DNA of 64,000 bases from Vicugna vicugna (Eukaryota). The stretch is taken from assembly GCA_013265495.1 (NCBI GenBank), contig MU058205.1, positions 260,312 to 324,311 of the forward strand, in the 5' to 3' direction. The translations under genes were made by a program, and so were the position numbers. Below are positions 47,511 through 59,339 of this stretch, piece after piece. Position 1 is the first letter of the stretch. Each line of letters opens with the position of its first letter. The notes beneath the pieces are model-generated. The model had not been told where the DNA came from. It worked only from the letters and a program-made list of their open reading frames with translations, and did no database searches.

Positions 47511-49449
47511 AGTTCTCTGGGTCGTTTTTTTTTATCAGGTTCTACTAATTGCATCATTAAATGAGTCTGAAAGAAAGAGGGAGATGCTGCTGAGGAAAGA
47601 TGGGACCACCATCTACCCTATACTTGCATATATTTGCACACACTAGTTGAAGTCAAGTAAGTCAGTGATGGGGTTAAAGCCCCATGCTTAGCCTTCCCGT
47701 AGGGTGAACGAGGCAGGCCACAGCCCCAGAAAAGAGGACCAAGCTTTCCCTTTTAGTCAGCACGACTTTGGTGCACATTATCAACCAAAGGCTGAGTTGT
47801 CCTGAGCCCCCTTCCTTTGATAGCTGATACTTCCTTTAAAAAGAAAGAAACCAGCAAGGCCACAAATGCAGCCTGTGCAAATAAGCCAGTGCGTGAACCA
47901 CCAGCCAAGGGGTGCGCTGGGCTGGCCTGGCTGTTCCCACAAGGTCTCTTTCCTCGGAATCTGTACACAGACGAGTGTGCTTGCAAATCCAAACTCCTTT
48001 ACATGAAAGTAATAAAAATGCGTCTTCTTCTTCAAAATAATCCACGATGGGAGCATTCTGGGATTCAAGCTTGGGTTTTCCATTGCTTTGTGAGACTAGA
48101 AAAAATCACTTTGCCTCTCGGCCTCTGTTTCCCCATCTGCCAAACAAGGAAGCTGGAGTGGATCAAATCTAAGCCTCCTCCCAGCTGGAACAGTCATCTG
48201 AGTCATCCACGTCCTCCAGGCTTGGAGCTGCTTCTCTTTCTCCTAATCCTAGGAAGGGGAACGGGGCTCATCAGGGAAAGGAAACTTTCAATGCCTTTTT
48301 GCTATTGTTTCACAACTGGAAAACAGCAGGCCTTGTAGCCTGGACTAGATGTCCTAGGGAGGTTTCCTTCCCAGTTTCCTGGTCCCCCATGGGCCAGGTC
48401 CCAAAGATGCAGAGGATCTGCCAGCAGCCTTTGGGCTGGATGGATCTCAGCCTCAGCCTCAGCTGGAGAAGTGGCATCTGCCAGCACTGGGAACCCTCCA
48501 CGGGGCCAGATGTCCTCTCACCCACTCTCTCTGCATCTGTCTTTGGTTTTCAGGCCATGACACAAAGTGTGCCATCCAGCACCTCTTGGGCTCACGGTCT
48601 TACGGGGCCAGGCTGATGGAAGGAGGAGCCAGACTTTTCCTCTGGCCTGGGAGTGAGGCACCGCTGCAGCAACTCCAAATTCTCTGCATGACCTGTCAGA
48701 GAGGAGAACCCTGGGCACCGTCTTTGGCCATGCAGGGATTTTAATTAACTTGGGCTCAGGTGGCACTGGAGCCAACAAAAAGCCTCCAGCTCTGTTCTCA
48801 CTCCAGCTCTGCTACTAATTGGCTATCTAGTCCCGAGCAGAAAGCCCTTTAGCTCCAAAACCAGCGCAGGGCTGGAGTAGGGGCTGAGGGGATAGGAAGA
48901 CCTTGTGGCAGGAGGTTGTGAAGGGATTTGCAAGATGTTCATCAACTTTTGAGGTCCTTGGGAGAAATAATGAGGCCAGGTTCCCTGGGTTTCTTAGGGT
49001 GGCAGGCAAAGGGGGGGCCAGTTGAGGGGACAGTGAGGTGGGCGCTCTCTATAGCATGTGTGGACATACATACACATACAATGGGTAAGAAATAATAAGA
49101 AATAAGAAGAAGAAAGTAGAAGTTTCTACCAGATTGGTGAACTAGCTGCAGAGAATTTCAAATGCCTGTGGGTAAGATTGCCTAGGAAAAGGAGAGGCAT
49201 GACTTCACAGAAGTTTATCTCCAGAAGCACTCATGGGTCCCCAGATAATCCCCTTTCTTAAGTTTCTCAGTGAAAACATCAGTATGAAGTGGGGTTCGGC
49301 CCTCACACTGGACGTCCTTGCAGATGGACCCAGGATGCATGGTAAGTTGTCCAAGTGTTCATGTATTTATTCCGAGCTACAACCCACAATGATTCAAAAA
49401 GGCTTTCGGCTGAAATGATAACATGTTAATATATAATTAAAGATTTTGT

Positions 49450-52400
49450 TGGAGGAGGTATGTCAGCAAAAAGGCAGACGTGAAAGCTTCAAACTCTCTC
49501 ACCCCACAGAAATATCACGCACATAAAAACAGAAACTGTCGGGACCAATTTCATTGGAGTTCTGGAAGACAGCCAAAGATTTACAGCAACCAAGTAAATT
49601 CCCAATCCAGAAAAAGTGGTCTTCACAATGGTAGGAGAGTTTTGTGGTGTTCTTACTCCCCTGATTCCATCCCCTCCCCAGGCTACAAAACAATTCCCCA
49701 TAAATTTTAAATGATTGAGATCATATAAAGTCTCTTTTTCCAATCACTGTAGAATGAAACTAGAAATCAACAGCAGAAGGAAAACTAGAAACTTCACAAA
49801 TATGTGGAAATTAATCACCACACACTTAAATAATCAATAGATCAAAGAAGAAATCATAAAGGAAATTAGAAATACTTTGAGACAAATGATAATGAAGACA
49901 CAGCACTCCAAAACTTATGGGATGCAGCAAAAATGGTGCTAAGAGAAAATGTATAACTCTAAATGCGTACATTAAAGAAGAAAGCTCTCAAATCCACAAC
50001 CTAACTTGGCACCTTGAGAACCTATAAAAAGAACATACTAAATCTAAAGCTAGCAGAAGAAAGATATTAAATAAACAATAAAAATTAGAGTAGAGAAATA
50101 AAATAAAGAATAGAAAAACAATACAGAAAAATTAGCAAATCCAAATGTTGGTTCTGCAAAAATCAACAAAATTGAGAAAACTTTAGCTACACTGACTGAA
50201 AAATAAGACAGACACTACAAATGACTAAGATCAAAAATGAAAGTGGAGATATAATGTTACCACCAATTTTATAGAAATAAAAGGCTTTATAAGAGAATAT
50301 GACAAACAATTGTACACTAACAAATTGGATGATCTAGATGAAATGGAAAAATTTCTAAAAACACAAAATCTACTATAACTGACTCATGAGGAAATAGGAC
50401 GTTTGAATAGACCTCTAACTAGTGAGGAGATTGAATCAAGACTGATCAAGAACCTCCCAAAAACAGAAAAGCCCAGGACCAGGTGGCTTCACTGGTGAAT
50501 TCTACTAAACATTTAAAGAAGAGTTAACACCATCCTTCTCAAACTCTTTCAAATAATTGAAAAGGAAACACTTCCTAACTAATTTTATGAAGCCAGCATT
50601 AACTTGACACCAAGGACAAAGAAACTACAAGGGGAGAGAAAAAAAAACAGACCAATATCCCTTATGAATATTGATGAAAAAGTCCTCAACAAGTACTAGC
50701 AAATCAAATTTGGCAGCATATTGAAAGGATTATACACTATGACCACATGAGACTTATTCTTGGAATGCAAGGATGGCTGCACACATGAAAATCAATCAAT
50801 GTAATATACCACATTAACAGAATGAAGGGGAAAGAAAACCACATGATCATCTGAATTAATGCAGAAAAAGCACCTAACAAAATTCAATGCCCTTTCATGA
50901 TAAAAGAACTTGACAAATTAGAACTAGGAGAAAATTTCCTCAATGTGATAAAGGCCGTATATGAAAATCCACTACTAACATCATACTCAGTGGTAAAAGA
51001 CTGAAAGCTTTTCCCCTACAATCAGGATCAAAACAAAGATTTTCCTTTTTGGCACTTCTATTCAACATAGCATTGGAAGTTCTAACCAGAGCAATTAGGC
51101 AAGAAAAAGAAATAAAATGCATACAAATTGGAAAGAAAGAAGTAAAAGTATCTCTGTTCACAACCACATGATTGTGTAGAAAGCCCTAAAGATCACACAC
51201 ACACACCCCCCCACACACCCATGCACAAACCCATTAGAGCTGATAAACAAATTCAGCAAAGTTTCAGGATAAAAGATCAACGCACAAAAATCAGTTGCAT
51301 TTCCATATGCTAATAATGAACAATCAGAAAGGGAAATTAAGAAAACAATTGCATTTACAATAAATCAAAAAGAATAAATTACCTAGAAATAAATTTAACC
51401 CAGGATGCAAAATACTTGTACACTGGAAATTACAAAGCATTGCTGGAAGTAATTAAAGAAGAAATATGTAAGTGAAAAAACATCCTATGTTCATGGATTA
51501 GAAAACTAAGATTATTAAGATGACAATATTATCCAAAGCAATGTATAGATTTAATATAACCCCTACCAAAATCTCAATATTTTTTGCAGAAATAGAAAAA
51601 CCCATCCTAAAATTTATATGCAATCTCAAGGGGACCAACATACCCAAACAATCTAGAAAAAGAAAAACAAATTTGGTGTTCCACATTTCCTGATTTCAAG
51701 ACTTACCTCAAGATACAACAGAAGCAAAACAGTGTGGTGCTGGCATAAGGCAGACACACAGACCAACGGAGTAGAATAGAAAGCTCAGAATCAAACCCTT
51801 GCATGTACGGTCAGCTGATTTCAACAAGATCATTCAATGGCGAAAGGACAGTCTTTTCAACAACAGTGCTGAGAAAACTGGAGATCCACATGCAAAAGAA
51901 GAAAACGGAACCCTACCTTACACAATATGTAAAAATTAACTCAAACTTGGCCAAGGCCTAAATGTGAAAACTGAAGCTACAAAACTCTTAGGAAAAAACA
52001 TATGGGAGAAGCCTTCATGACACTGGATATGGCAGTAATTTCTTGGAAATGACACACACACAAAAATGTATCAAAAGGAAAAATAAATGGGACTTCATCA
52101 AAATGTAATACTTTGATGCATCAAAGGACATTATCGAGAGAATAAAACAAAAACCCAAAGAATGTGAGAAAATATTTGCAGATCATATATCTAATTGAGG
52201 ATTAATATCGAGAATATTTAAGTAGCTCTTAAAACTCAACAGCAGACAACCCAGTTGGAAAGTGGCAAAGGACTTGAATAGACATTTTCCGAGGTGTATG
52301 TACAAATGTCCAATAAGCATGTGAAAAGATACTGACCATCACTAGCCATTAGGGAAATGCAAATCAAAACCACAATTAAATATTCCTTCACACCCATTAG

Positions 52401-52966
52401 GATGGCTTTTATTTCAAATAGAAAAAAAAAATAACAAGTGTTGGCAAGAATGTGGAAAAATTGGACCCTTGGTTCATCAGTGATAAGAATGTAAAATGAA
52501 GCAGTCACTGCGGGAAACAGTTTGGCAGTTCTTCGCAAACTTGAACATACAATTGCCATGTGATCCAGCAATTCCACTCCTAGGTGTATACCCCAAAGAA
52601 CTAAAAGCAGGGGCTCAGACTGACACTTGCGCACTCACGTTCACAGCAGCATTATTCACAATAGTCAAAAGTTGTGAGCAACCCAAGCGTCCATCAACCA
52701 ACAGAATGAGTAAACAAAATGTGAGCTACACATTTAACAGAGTATTATTCAGCTTTGAGAAGGAAGGAAAGTCTGACCCAGGCTAGAACAGGGGTGAACC
52801 TTGAAGACGTGATGCTGAGTAAAAGAACCCACAAAAGGTCAAGTACTCTGCCATTCCACTTAAAAGAGGACCTAGAATAGACAACTTCTTAGAGACAGCA
52901 GGCAGAGCAGAGTTTACCAGAAGCTGGGTGGAGGAGGAATGAAAAGTTATTGTTTAATGTGTACAG
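49450..52966 (+). mobile_element. Old LINE-1 (L1MB3-like): 5' UTR tip fused to ORF2 (EN C-terminus, RT, C-terminus) and partial 3' UTR
   Basis: ORF2 DNA motifs AAAAGCCCAGGACCAGGTGGCTTCACTGGTGAATTCTAC (KSPGPDGFT-like), AGACCAATATCCCTTATGAATATTGAT (RPISLMNID), GCAATTCCACTCCTAGGTGTATACCC; many stops and frameshifts. Confidence 0.95.
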
Positions 52967-54604
52967 AAAGACATTCTGGCCTCATTTCACCAGATTGTTA
53001 ACATTTTAAGTTAATCCTAAGAGTCACCCTCTTCCCACTCCTACTGTGAAGGGGCTGCTCCGCACGGCAGCGTCCACCAGGTACAGACGTGGGATGTGGT
53101 GGGACCCTCACTTTCTGCTGTGTCTCAGCCCATCCGCACGGCCCCTCCAGCCGGGTATCCAGGTCAAGTTTGGGCTCAGGGTTGGGACATCACCTCTGTG
53201 CCTCAGACACTGGCCACCGTTGCTACCTGGGGTCTTTCTTGCTTGTCACGCTGTCAGGACAAAGGTGTCCTCAGGAGCCTCAAAGCTCTCCCGTTCCCTC
53301 CCCCTTTATCTTCTCCATCTTCCTCTTTCTCCTGCTCCACCTCTTCCCCTCTCTGGTCCTCCTTACCCCTCCAAGCCCCAGGGACATCTTTCCAGTGTGA
53401 GGGAGAGGCCCCAGGCTCCCTCCCTGTTTCTGTCAAAGACATTTTGTTTATACGCATCAATCCTCTCTCTTTCTGGGGCTTAGGTTTTTGGAAAGAAGAG
53501 TCAGAGGACTTCAAACCCATCTCTTCTTGCTGACTTCCAGGGCCACCCTCAGAATACTCCCTGCTGGAATCTGGGGTGAGGGGCGTGGAAACGGAGGGGG
53601 AGAAAACTTCATGCAAACCAGGGTCTGAAAGTATGACCTAGGCACGATGGTCGCGCTTCGCGAATGGGCAGACTGAAGCCCAGAGAGGATAAACGATGCA
53701 CTCAAGATCGTCAGTGGCAGGGTCAGCGTGTAAAGCTGCCGGCCTCCTGACGCTGAGGCCGAGGGCCTCCCGCTGCAGCTGCCGGCCTGGGGCTGAGCGC
53801 AGCTTCCCTGGGCCCCACCCTGGTCCTCATTCCTGAGCTTTAACCCGGGAAAGTGCAGAAGTCCCTCCCCTTCCTTTCGGGCCCCATGGGCTGCTGTCTT
53901 GCAGCTGTGTCAAATTAGCACATCTCTGGAGTTAGCCAGAGAATCTGTGCCAGCGACACATGTGGTTTCCCACTGAACTTAGTGAAAGTGTCTCCAGCCG
54001 CAGGCTGGGATGTGCGGCTGATCAGCACGTGATGTGTTGGGCAGATTCCTGCCTCTGGGTGTGGAGGTTCATGTTTTCTGCTTCACATTACAACCAAGAC
54101 CAGCAGAAGGTCCCAGCTGAGCACACCGCCCTGCTGGGTCATTTCACCTTTTCTCTACAGAGAATGAGACCAGTTAAAAACAAATGAAACTAAAACCAAA
54201 CCTTCCCCCCATCACCCAAGTACAGCGTGCTCACTGCTGACCTTGGGCAAGGTAGAAGCATGTCCAGAGGCAGAGAAGATCCCCACACGCAGCCCTGGGG
54301 CCTCCAGCCGCTTCTCAGTGGGTCCCTGCCACCTTGGAGTCTGCTGCTCACAGAGCCCACTCCCACCCCACTGGCTCCACGCCTGCTCATGTCTGCATGG
54401 GCCTCCAGATCTGATGGTTCTGGGCGCCCCAGGGCGCGTTTCTCATGTGCTCAAGTCCAGCTGCCCCCAGTAGCATCACCATTCATTCTGTCCACTTCAC
54501 TGCCCTCCTGTGCCCTTGTCACCTGGGCTGGGTGCTCTTGTTCCCACCGCATCCTCACCAAGGTGCCCCCTACATCTTCCAGGCATGTGCACTAAAATAC
54601 AACA

Positions 54605-55117
54605 TACTGATAGAAACTCAGGTGGGAGAAGGAGACCATGCCATTGAAAAGATAGTCTGTTACTCACGGTTCCCAAGAGGAGGGGACACACCCCACTGCT
54701 CAGGGGTCGGAGGTACCCGGCGAGGCACCAGGGAAGTCAGGAGGCAAAGGTGGGGGAACACGGACAAGAGCCTTTACTGTGATTCCCATGAGAAGGGACA
54801 GGCCAGGCAGGCCCGGCACTGGCTGGTTTCGGTCATTCCAGGGCCCTGGGGTGGGAGGCTGTCCCTGGTTGGTGCCCGGCCCTGAGTGATTAGGGCAGGG
54901 GGACAGCGGTCCATGGTGAGACCCCCATAGAGTAGGTGGGGACAGGGGTGGGCTCTGGGTTGGTTGCTTTGCATTTGAAAAGCACACTCCTGGGGCGAGT
55001 TGTTAATCTCTCCAGGAACTGAGCAGTCCTGGGAGGGGCCGCCCCTCCAGGGTCAGCAAGGCCTCAGAGGTCAAAGCATCAGAAAACAAAAATAAAAGAC
55101 ATGGCTAATTCAGTACA
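54605..55117 (-). mobile_element. ERVL solo LTR (MER74-like)
   Basis: Minus strand TGTAC..TTAGCCATGTCTTTTATTTT..CTGATGCTTTGACCTCTGAGGCCTTGCTGACCCTGGAGGG..GCCCCTCCCAGG. Confidence 0.8.
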
Positions 55118-55589
55118 GCAGCCTCTTGAATAGGGTGACACTAGTCCCCAGGGCCGTGCTATCCCACCCCTCCTCCCAAGCCTCTGCAGGAGAGGCAGGG
55201 GGCAGCCTGGGCAAAGCCGGGTGGGGGTGGGGGTGAGGGAGGGCACCGGCGCCTTCCTGTCTGATCTCTGATGGAAACGCACTCAGGCCTTCCCTCCCAT
55301 GCCCCACAGAGCCCTGAGTGGAAGGCTGTCTCCTGTGCATTCCCAGCTATGTCCTCCTGAGGACAGAGATGGACGTCCATGGGGCTGGACCATGGTGAAG
55401 GGCCACGCCCCTCCGCCAGGCCCCTGATAGCTGGCCAGGATCTCTCTTCCTCCAGGCAGAGTCCCTCCTAGCGAGCTCCTCCACGTTCCGTCTGCCCACC
55501 CAGCCCCCAGACGCCCGGGCAGGTGTGATCCCAGCACTGGACACACCACAGGCTCCCACTCAGGACCACTGTGGCCCGTGGAGCCCACA

Positions 55590-55830
55590 CTGTGTGATAC
55601 GTAATTTTGGAGAGTGCTTTTGTAGCATAACCTCATACTGTAAACGTTTCTCATGTTACTGAGAACGCTTCATAAAACCATTCCCTTACTTGCGGAATCA
55701 TCCACCTGGGAGCACGTCCTCGTTTACCGCGCCATTCCGCACCGCTGTACTTGGGAAGGGAGAGGGCCCGGGCTACGGTCAAGGGTTCTAACGCTTGCTT
55801 GCGCCCTCCTAATGCTACTTCTGCTCACAC
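55590..55830 (-). mobile_element. Very old L1 (L1ME-type) 3' remnant, GC-shifted
   Basis: TGCTTTTGTAGCATAAC...GTAAACGTTTCTCATGTTACTGAGAACGCTTCATAAAACCATT resembles the L1ME4 3' UTR. Confidence 0.45.
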
Positions 55831-57127
55831 ACAATGACAAGGGAAGAAATTAATGAGGAGGAACCGTGCAATCCTGAGAGCCTGCTTATGACCCCTCCCC
55901 AAGGCTGGCTATCAGCCAAAAGAGCATGTCTCACAGCTCAGGGGTGGATGAGGACACAAAGCTCTCCTTTGTGTCTTGTTCTTCTCTGTGGAAATGATGC
56001 CGAGGTCCCTGAACCAGCCTCCCAGTGTCCCTGGGCTGGGATGATTACTCCTGGGGACACCAGGTATTTTGTTACTTTTTTGCGTCCTTCCAGGTGCCCA
56101 GCACTGTACTAGGCACGCCCTCGCTGCACCTCCTTGAAGGAAGCCTGCATTTCCCAGGGAGGTAAACTGATGTCCCAGGAATGGAATCAGCTTAGTGAGA
56201 GCCCAGCTGCAGGCCCTGCACAGAGCAGCCACCCGGATCCACATCCTCATCCTCATCACCGTGGCTCATTCCAGAAAGAGGAGAACCGCTGCTGTTCAAG
56301 GTCCCTGCGCTGCCTCAGGGGAGGCCGGGCAGGGCCGCTGGGGGAATGTGACGTGAGCGGCACTTAAGGGAGCCGTAAGGTGTTTGGCTCATTGAATATT
56401 TAAATGACAAGCTTCTGCTTCCTAAATCCTACAACTAACTTCCAATGAGCATCAAATCCATATTACGTACAATTAACTTGGAAAAGGCAACGAAGAAGGA
56501 AGAGAGGCTCGGGGAGGGAGAAGGGATCGGATTGGACAGAGACGTGCAGGAGGGAGAGCGCCGGAGAGGGCGGGCGGGGCCGCCTGGAGGAGCTGGTGAG
56601 GGACACGAGTCTGGGTCCTCACTTCTGCCACTGGTTTTGCCACTTCAGTTTCCACAGCTTCCTCTGTGATCTATGAGATGCCAGCTGGTCAATTAATAAT
56701 TGTCCAGAGTTCTAGTCTATCATATCTAGTCTAGTCAAAAATGACTCAAAACAGGATGGCCTTAGCTGAGCCTGGTCACCTCTGGGGCAGGGGCTGCCCC
56801 AGCAAGCCGAGGGTCAGCTCTGAGGTGCAGGTGGGGCCAGGGCCTTCCACGGGGCCTTCCTGCCAGACCCCCACCCACGAGGCCAGGGCAGGCCATCACC
56901 TCGCCCTGTGCCACGAGCCCAGCGTGCGGCACAAAGCAGGCTCTTGAGTGAATCAACCAGTGAATCAATAAAATGTCTCACTAGGAACCCTTTCTTTTCC
57001 TCCCCCTTCCCAAATGACACAACCTGGAAATTAATTTGATGAGACAGTATAGTCAGTATTTTAAATGTGCTACAGATGCTTAGGAGAAAGAAAACAAAGA
57101 GAAAGGGATTTTTAAAGATCATGTAAA

Positions 57128-57210
57128 TGTGTGCCTGTGTGTGTGTGCTTGTGTGCTTGTGTGTGTGTGTATGTGTGTGTGCCTGTGTGCATGTGAGTGC
57201 CTGTGTGTGT
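57128..57210. repeat. Compound (TG)n microsatellite
   Basis: TGTGTGCCTGTGTGTGTGTGCTTGTGTGCTTGTGTGTGTGTGTATGTGTG... Confidence 0.9.
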
Positions 57211-59032
57211 GGAAGAGAAATGGACAGATGAGCACAGACATAGCACACAGACAATGCTTCCAGGGGCCCTTCCTGATGGTGGCAGAGGTGGAATTGCGGA
57301 GCTGGCATCTCTCTGCCTCTTCTCAGCCTCTCTTCAAGATGTTCTTGGGAGAGGAGTTCAGTGGGCATCGGCTGGTTAGGAAGCACTATGAGAGAAGTGG
57401 CTTTGGGCACAGGCGATTGGTGAAGTTCACAGTCATCTGCCACAGGGAAATTGACTTCAGCAAAGCCACAGCTGTTTCAGACCTGGTATCACCTCTGGAC
57501 CTTGAATCTATTCTGCCAGCAATGAGACAGATGTCTTCATAGGGGGAGACAAAGGCCAGGGAGCCCACAGAGGGCCCACAGAGCCTGGGACCAAGTACCC
57601 AGGAGGCTAACTTGTAAGTGGAAACAAGGCGATTGTTCGTGAAAAGTGGTCTGAGCGGTTGTCCTCTGGAGGAGCTGCAACTGTCCAAGCCCCACCTGTG
57701 CTCCCTCCCTGGCTCCCAGGCCCTCTTGTGCAATGAACCCCAAAGTGAGGCTGAGTTTGGGCAGAGTGGCAGCTCTTTGGGGTGCATAGACTTGTTACTG
57801 GCACAGTGTGGCACACCTGAGGCACCCCCTCACAGGTCACCCAGCCTGTCCTCCATACCAGACTTGTGGTGTCCCCAGCTTCCCCACCTGGTCTCTCCGC
57901 CCTTCAGATTGGAGCCGGGGTGGGCGAGCCCACCATGTCCCTCTTCCCTGTGTCACTGCAGGAGCCCGTCTTGTCCCTGCCGTGTCCAAGCTGTGCCCTC
58001 ATGTTCTGTCTTCTTTACCAAGGGGAGCAGGGCCCACAACATTTTCCTCCACGAACTTTTCTCCAAGCTTAATCCTATTGTGACCACAGTGTTCACAGCA
58101 AAAAGATTCAGAGTGATGGTCTGTCGGCAACAGAGTATCTGTCGCGCAGTCTGGAGCGGGTGGCTGGCGGCCTGACTCACCTTCACAAACGCACACAGCA
58201 GGCACACAGGCGCAGAACAGGGGTGCCTCGCCTGCCTCTTTCATGGCGTGGGATGATTCAAGACTTTCTTACACAAATAAGCAGAGCTTGGATCCCACTC
58301 CTTCCCAGTCAGCAGCCGCCATACTACACAGGAATCAGTTAACCGCCGTGTCTGGAACACTAAGAAGCTGATTCCGTGGCGCCGCCGCCCTGTGAAGTGT
58401 CTGAAAAAGACCTGCTCTTAGATGGCGTCGTGCTCTCCCAGCACGTCTAGCGAGAGCTCTCCTCCTCGGCAAAGCACCCCTTAGCCGCGGGTTGGCTTGG
58501 CCTTGGCCCAGTGTCGCTCTGGCTGGTGGGACCCAAGTGTGCCTCAACGTCTCCCAAGTCCTCTGTCTGGGCAGGGCAGCTCCCGCATGTGGGCCACGAG
58601 CTTCGTCCTCACAGCAGTCCTGAGGCTTGACAGAAGTGACAAAGTTCAGCGTTTGCAATTAAGCTGAAATGGGAACCCCTTTTCAACAGAATTCTTCCAG
58701 CTCCCCCACCCAGCAGCCCACTGAGGCCGCAATCAGAAGGCGCAGAAAGAATGTCTGAGCGGCGGCAGAGGCGGGGACTGGGCGGCGCAGGGAAGCCCCA
58801 GCCTGGCCCAGCTGCACGGCGCACCCTCGAGGTGGCCGGTAAACGGGGGACGAGATGTTAGCTCGAATTAGAGTTCAAATCAGAAAATGAAGCCTCATTT
58901 TAGGGGAAGAAGGGGAAAAAAGGACCCCGTGAAAGAGCTCTCGGCCAGGAATCAGGAAATCAGGACGCCTCGGGTAAGATACCTTGAGGGCGCCAAGTAA
59001 GCTGGAAACAGAAGCAGCCCCGCAGTACCGAC

Positions 59033-59150
59033 CAGCAGTCCCCAACCCTCTTTGGTCGCAGAACCCCTTACGAATCTGATGAAAACGTTGGGTCAGACTA
59101 CTGAGAAAACCACACATAAACACTCGCAAAGTTTTCACATGCAGATTTTT
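59033..59150. mobile_element. Charlie4z-like hAT MITE fragment
   Basis: CCCAACCCTCTTTGGTCGCAGAACCCCTTACGAATCTGATGAAAAC. Confidence 0.6.
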
Positions 59151-59205
59151 AATCGCATTGTAAATAATTTGGATCATATGGACAGGATGTAAAATCAATG
59201 CAGAG

Positions 59206-59339
59206 TCGGGGAAGGTAGAGCTCAGTGATAGAGCGCCTGCTTAGCATGCCCAAGGTCCTGGGTTCAATCCCCAGTCCCTCCATTAAATAAATAAACAAAT
59301 AAATAAACCTAATTACCTCCCCCTCCAAAAAACTGTCTT
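59206..59339 (+). mobile_element. tRNA-Ala-derived camelid-type SINE
   Basis: AGCTCAGTGATAGAGCGCCTGCTTAGCATGCCCAAGGTCCTGGGTTCAATCCCCAG, AATAAACCTAATTACCTCCCCC; perfect 14-bp TSD AAATCAATGCAGAG at 59192-59205 and 59340-59353. Confidence 0.95.

Noticed and set aside
49685..52790. Functional reverse transcriptase gene
   Set aside because: L1 ORF2 fossil with numerous stops and frameshifts; no long ORF in the track
56814..57542. Overlapping 209-aa (-) and 137-aa (+) ORFs
   Set aside because: Both traverse or start in the (TG)n microsatellite; no recognisable homology or exon structure
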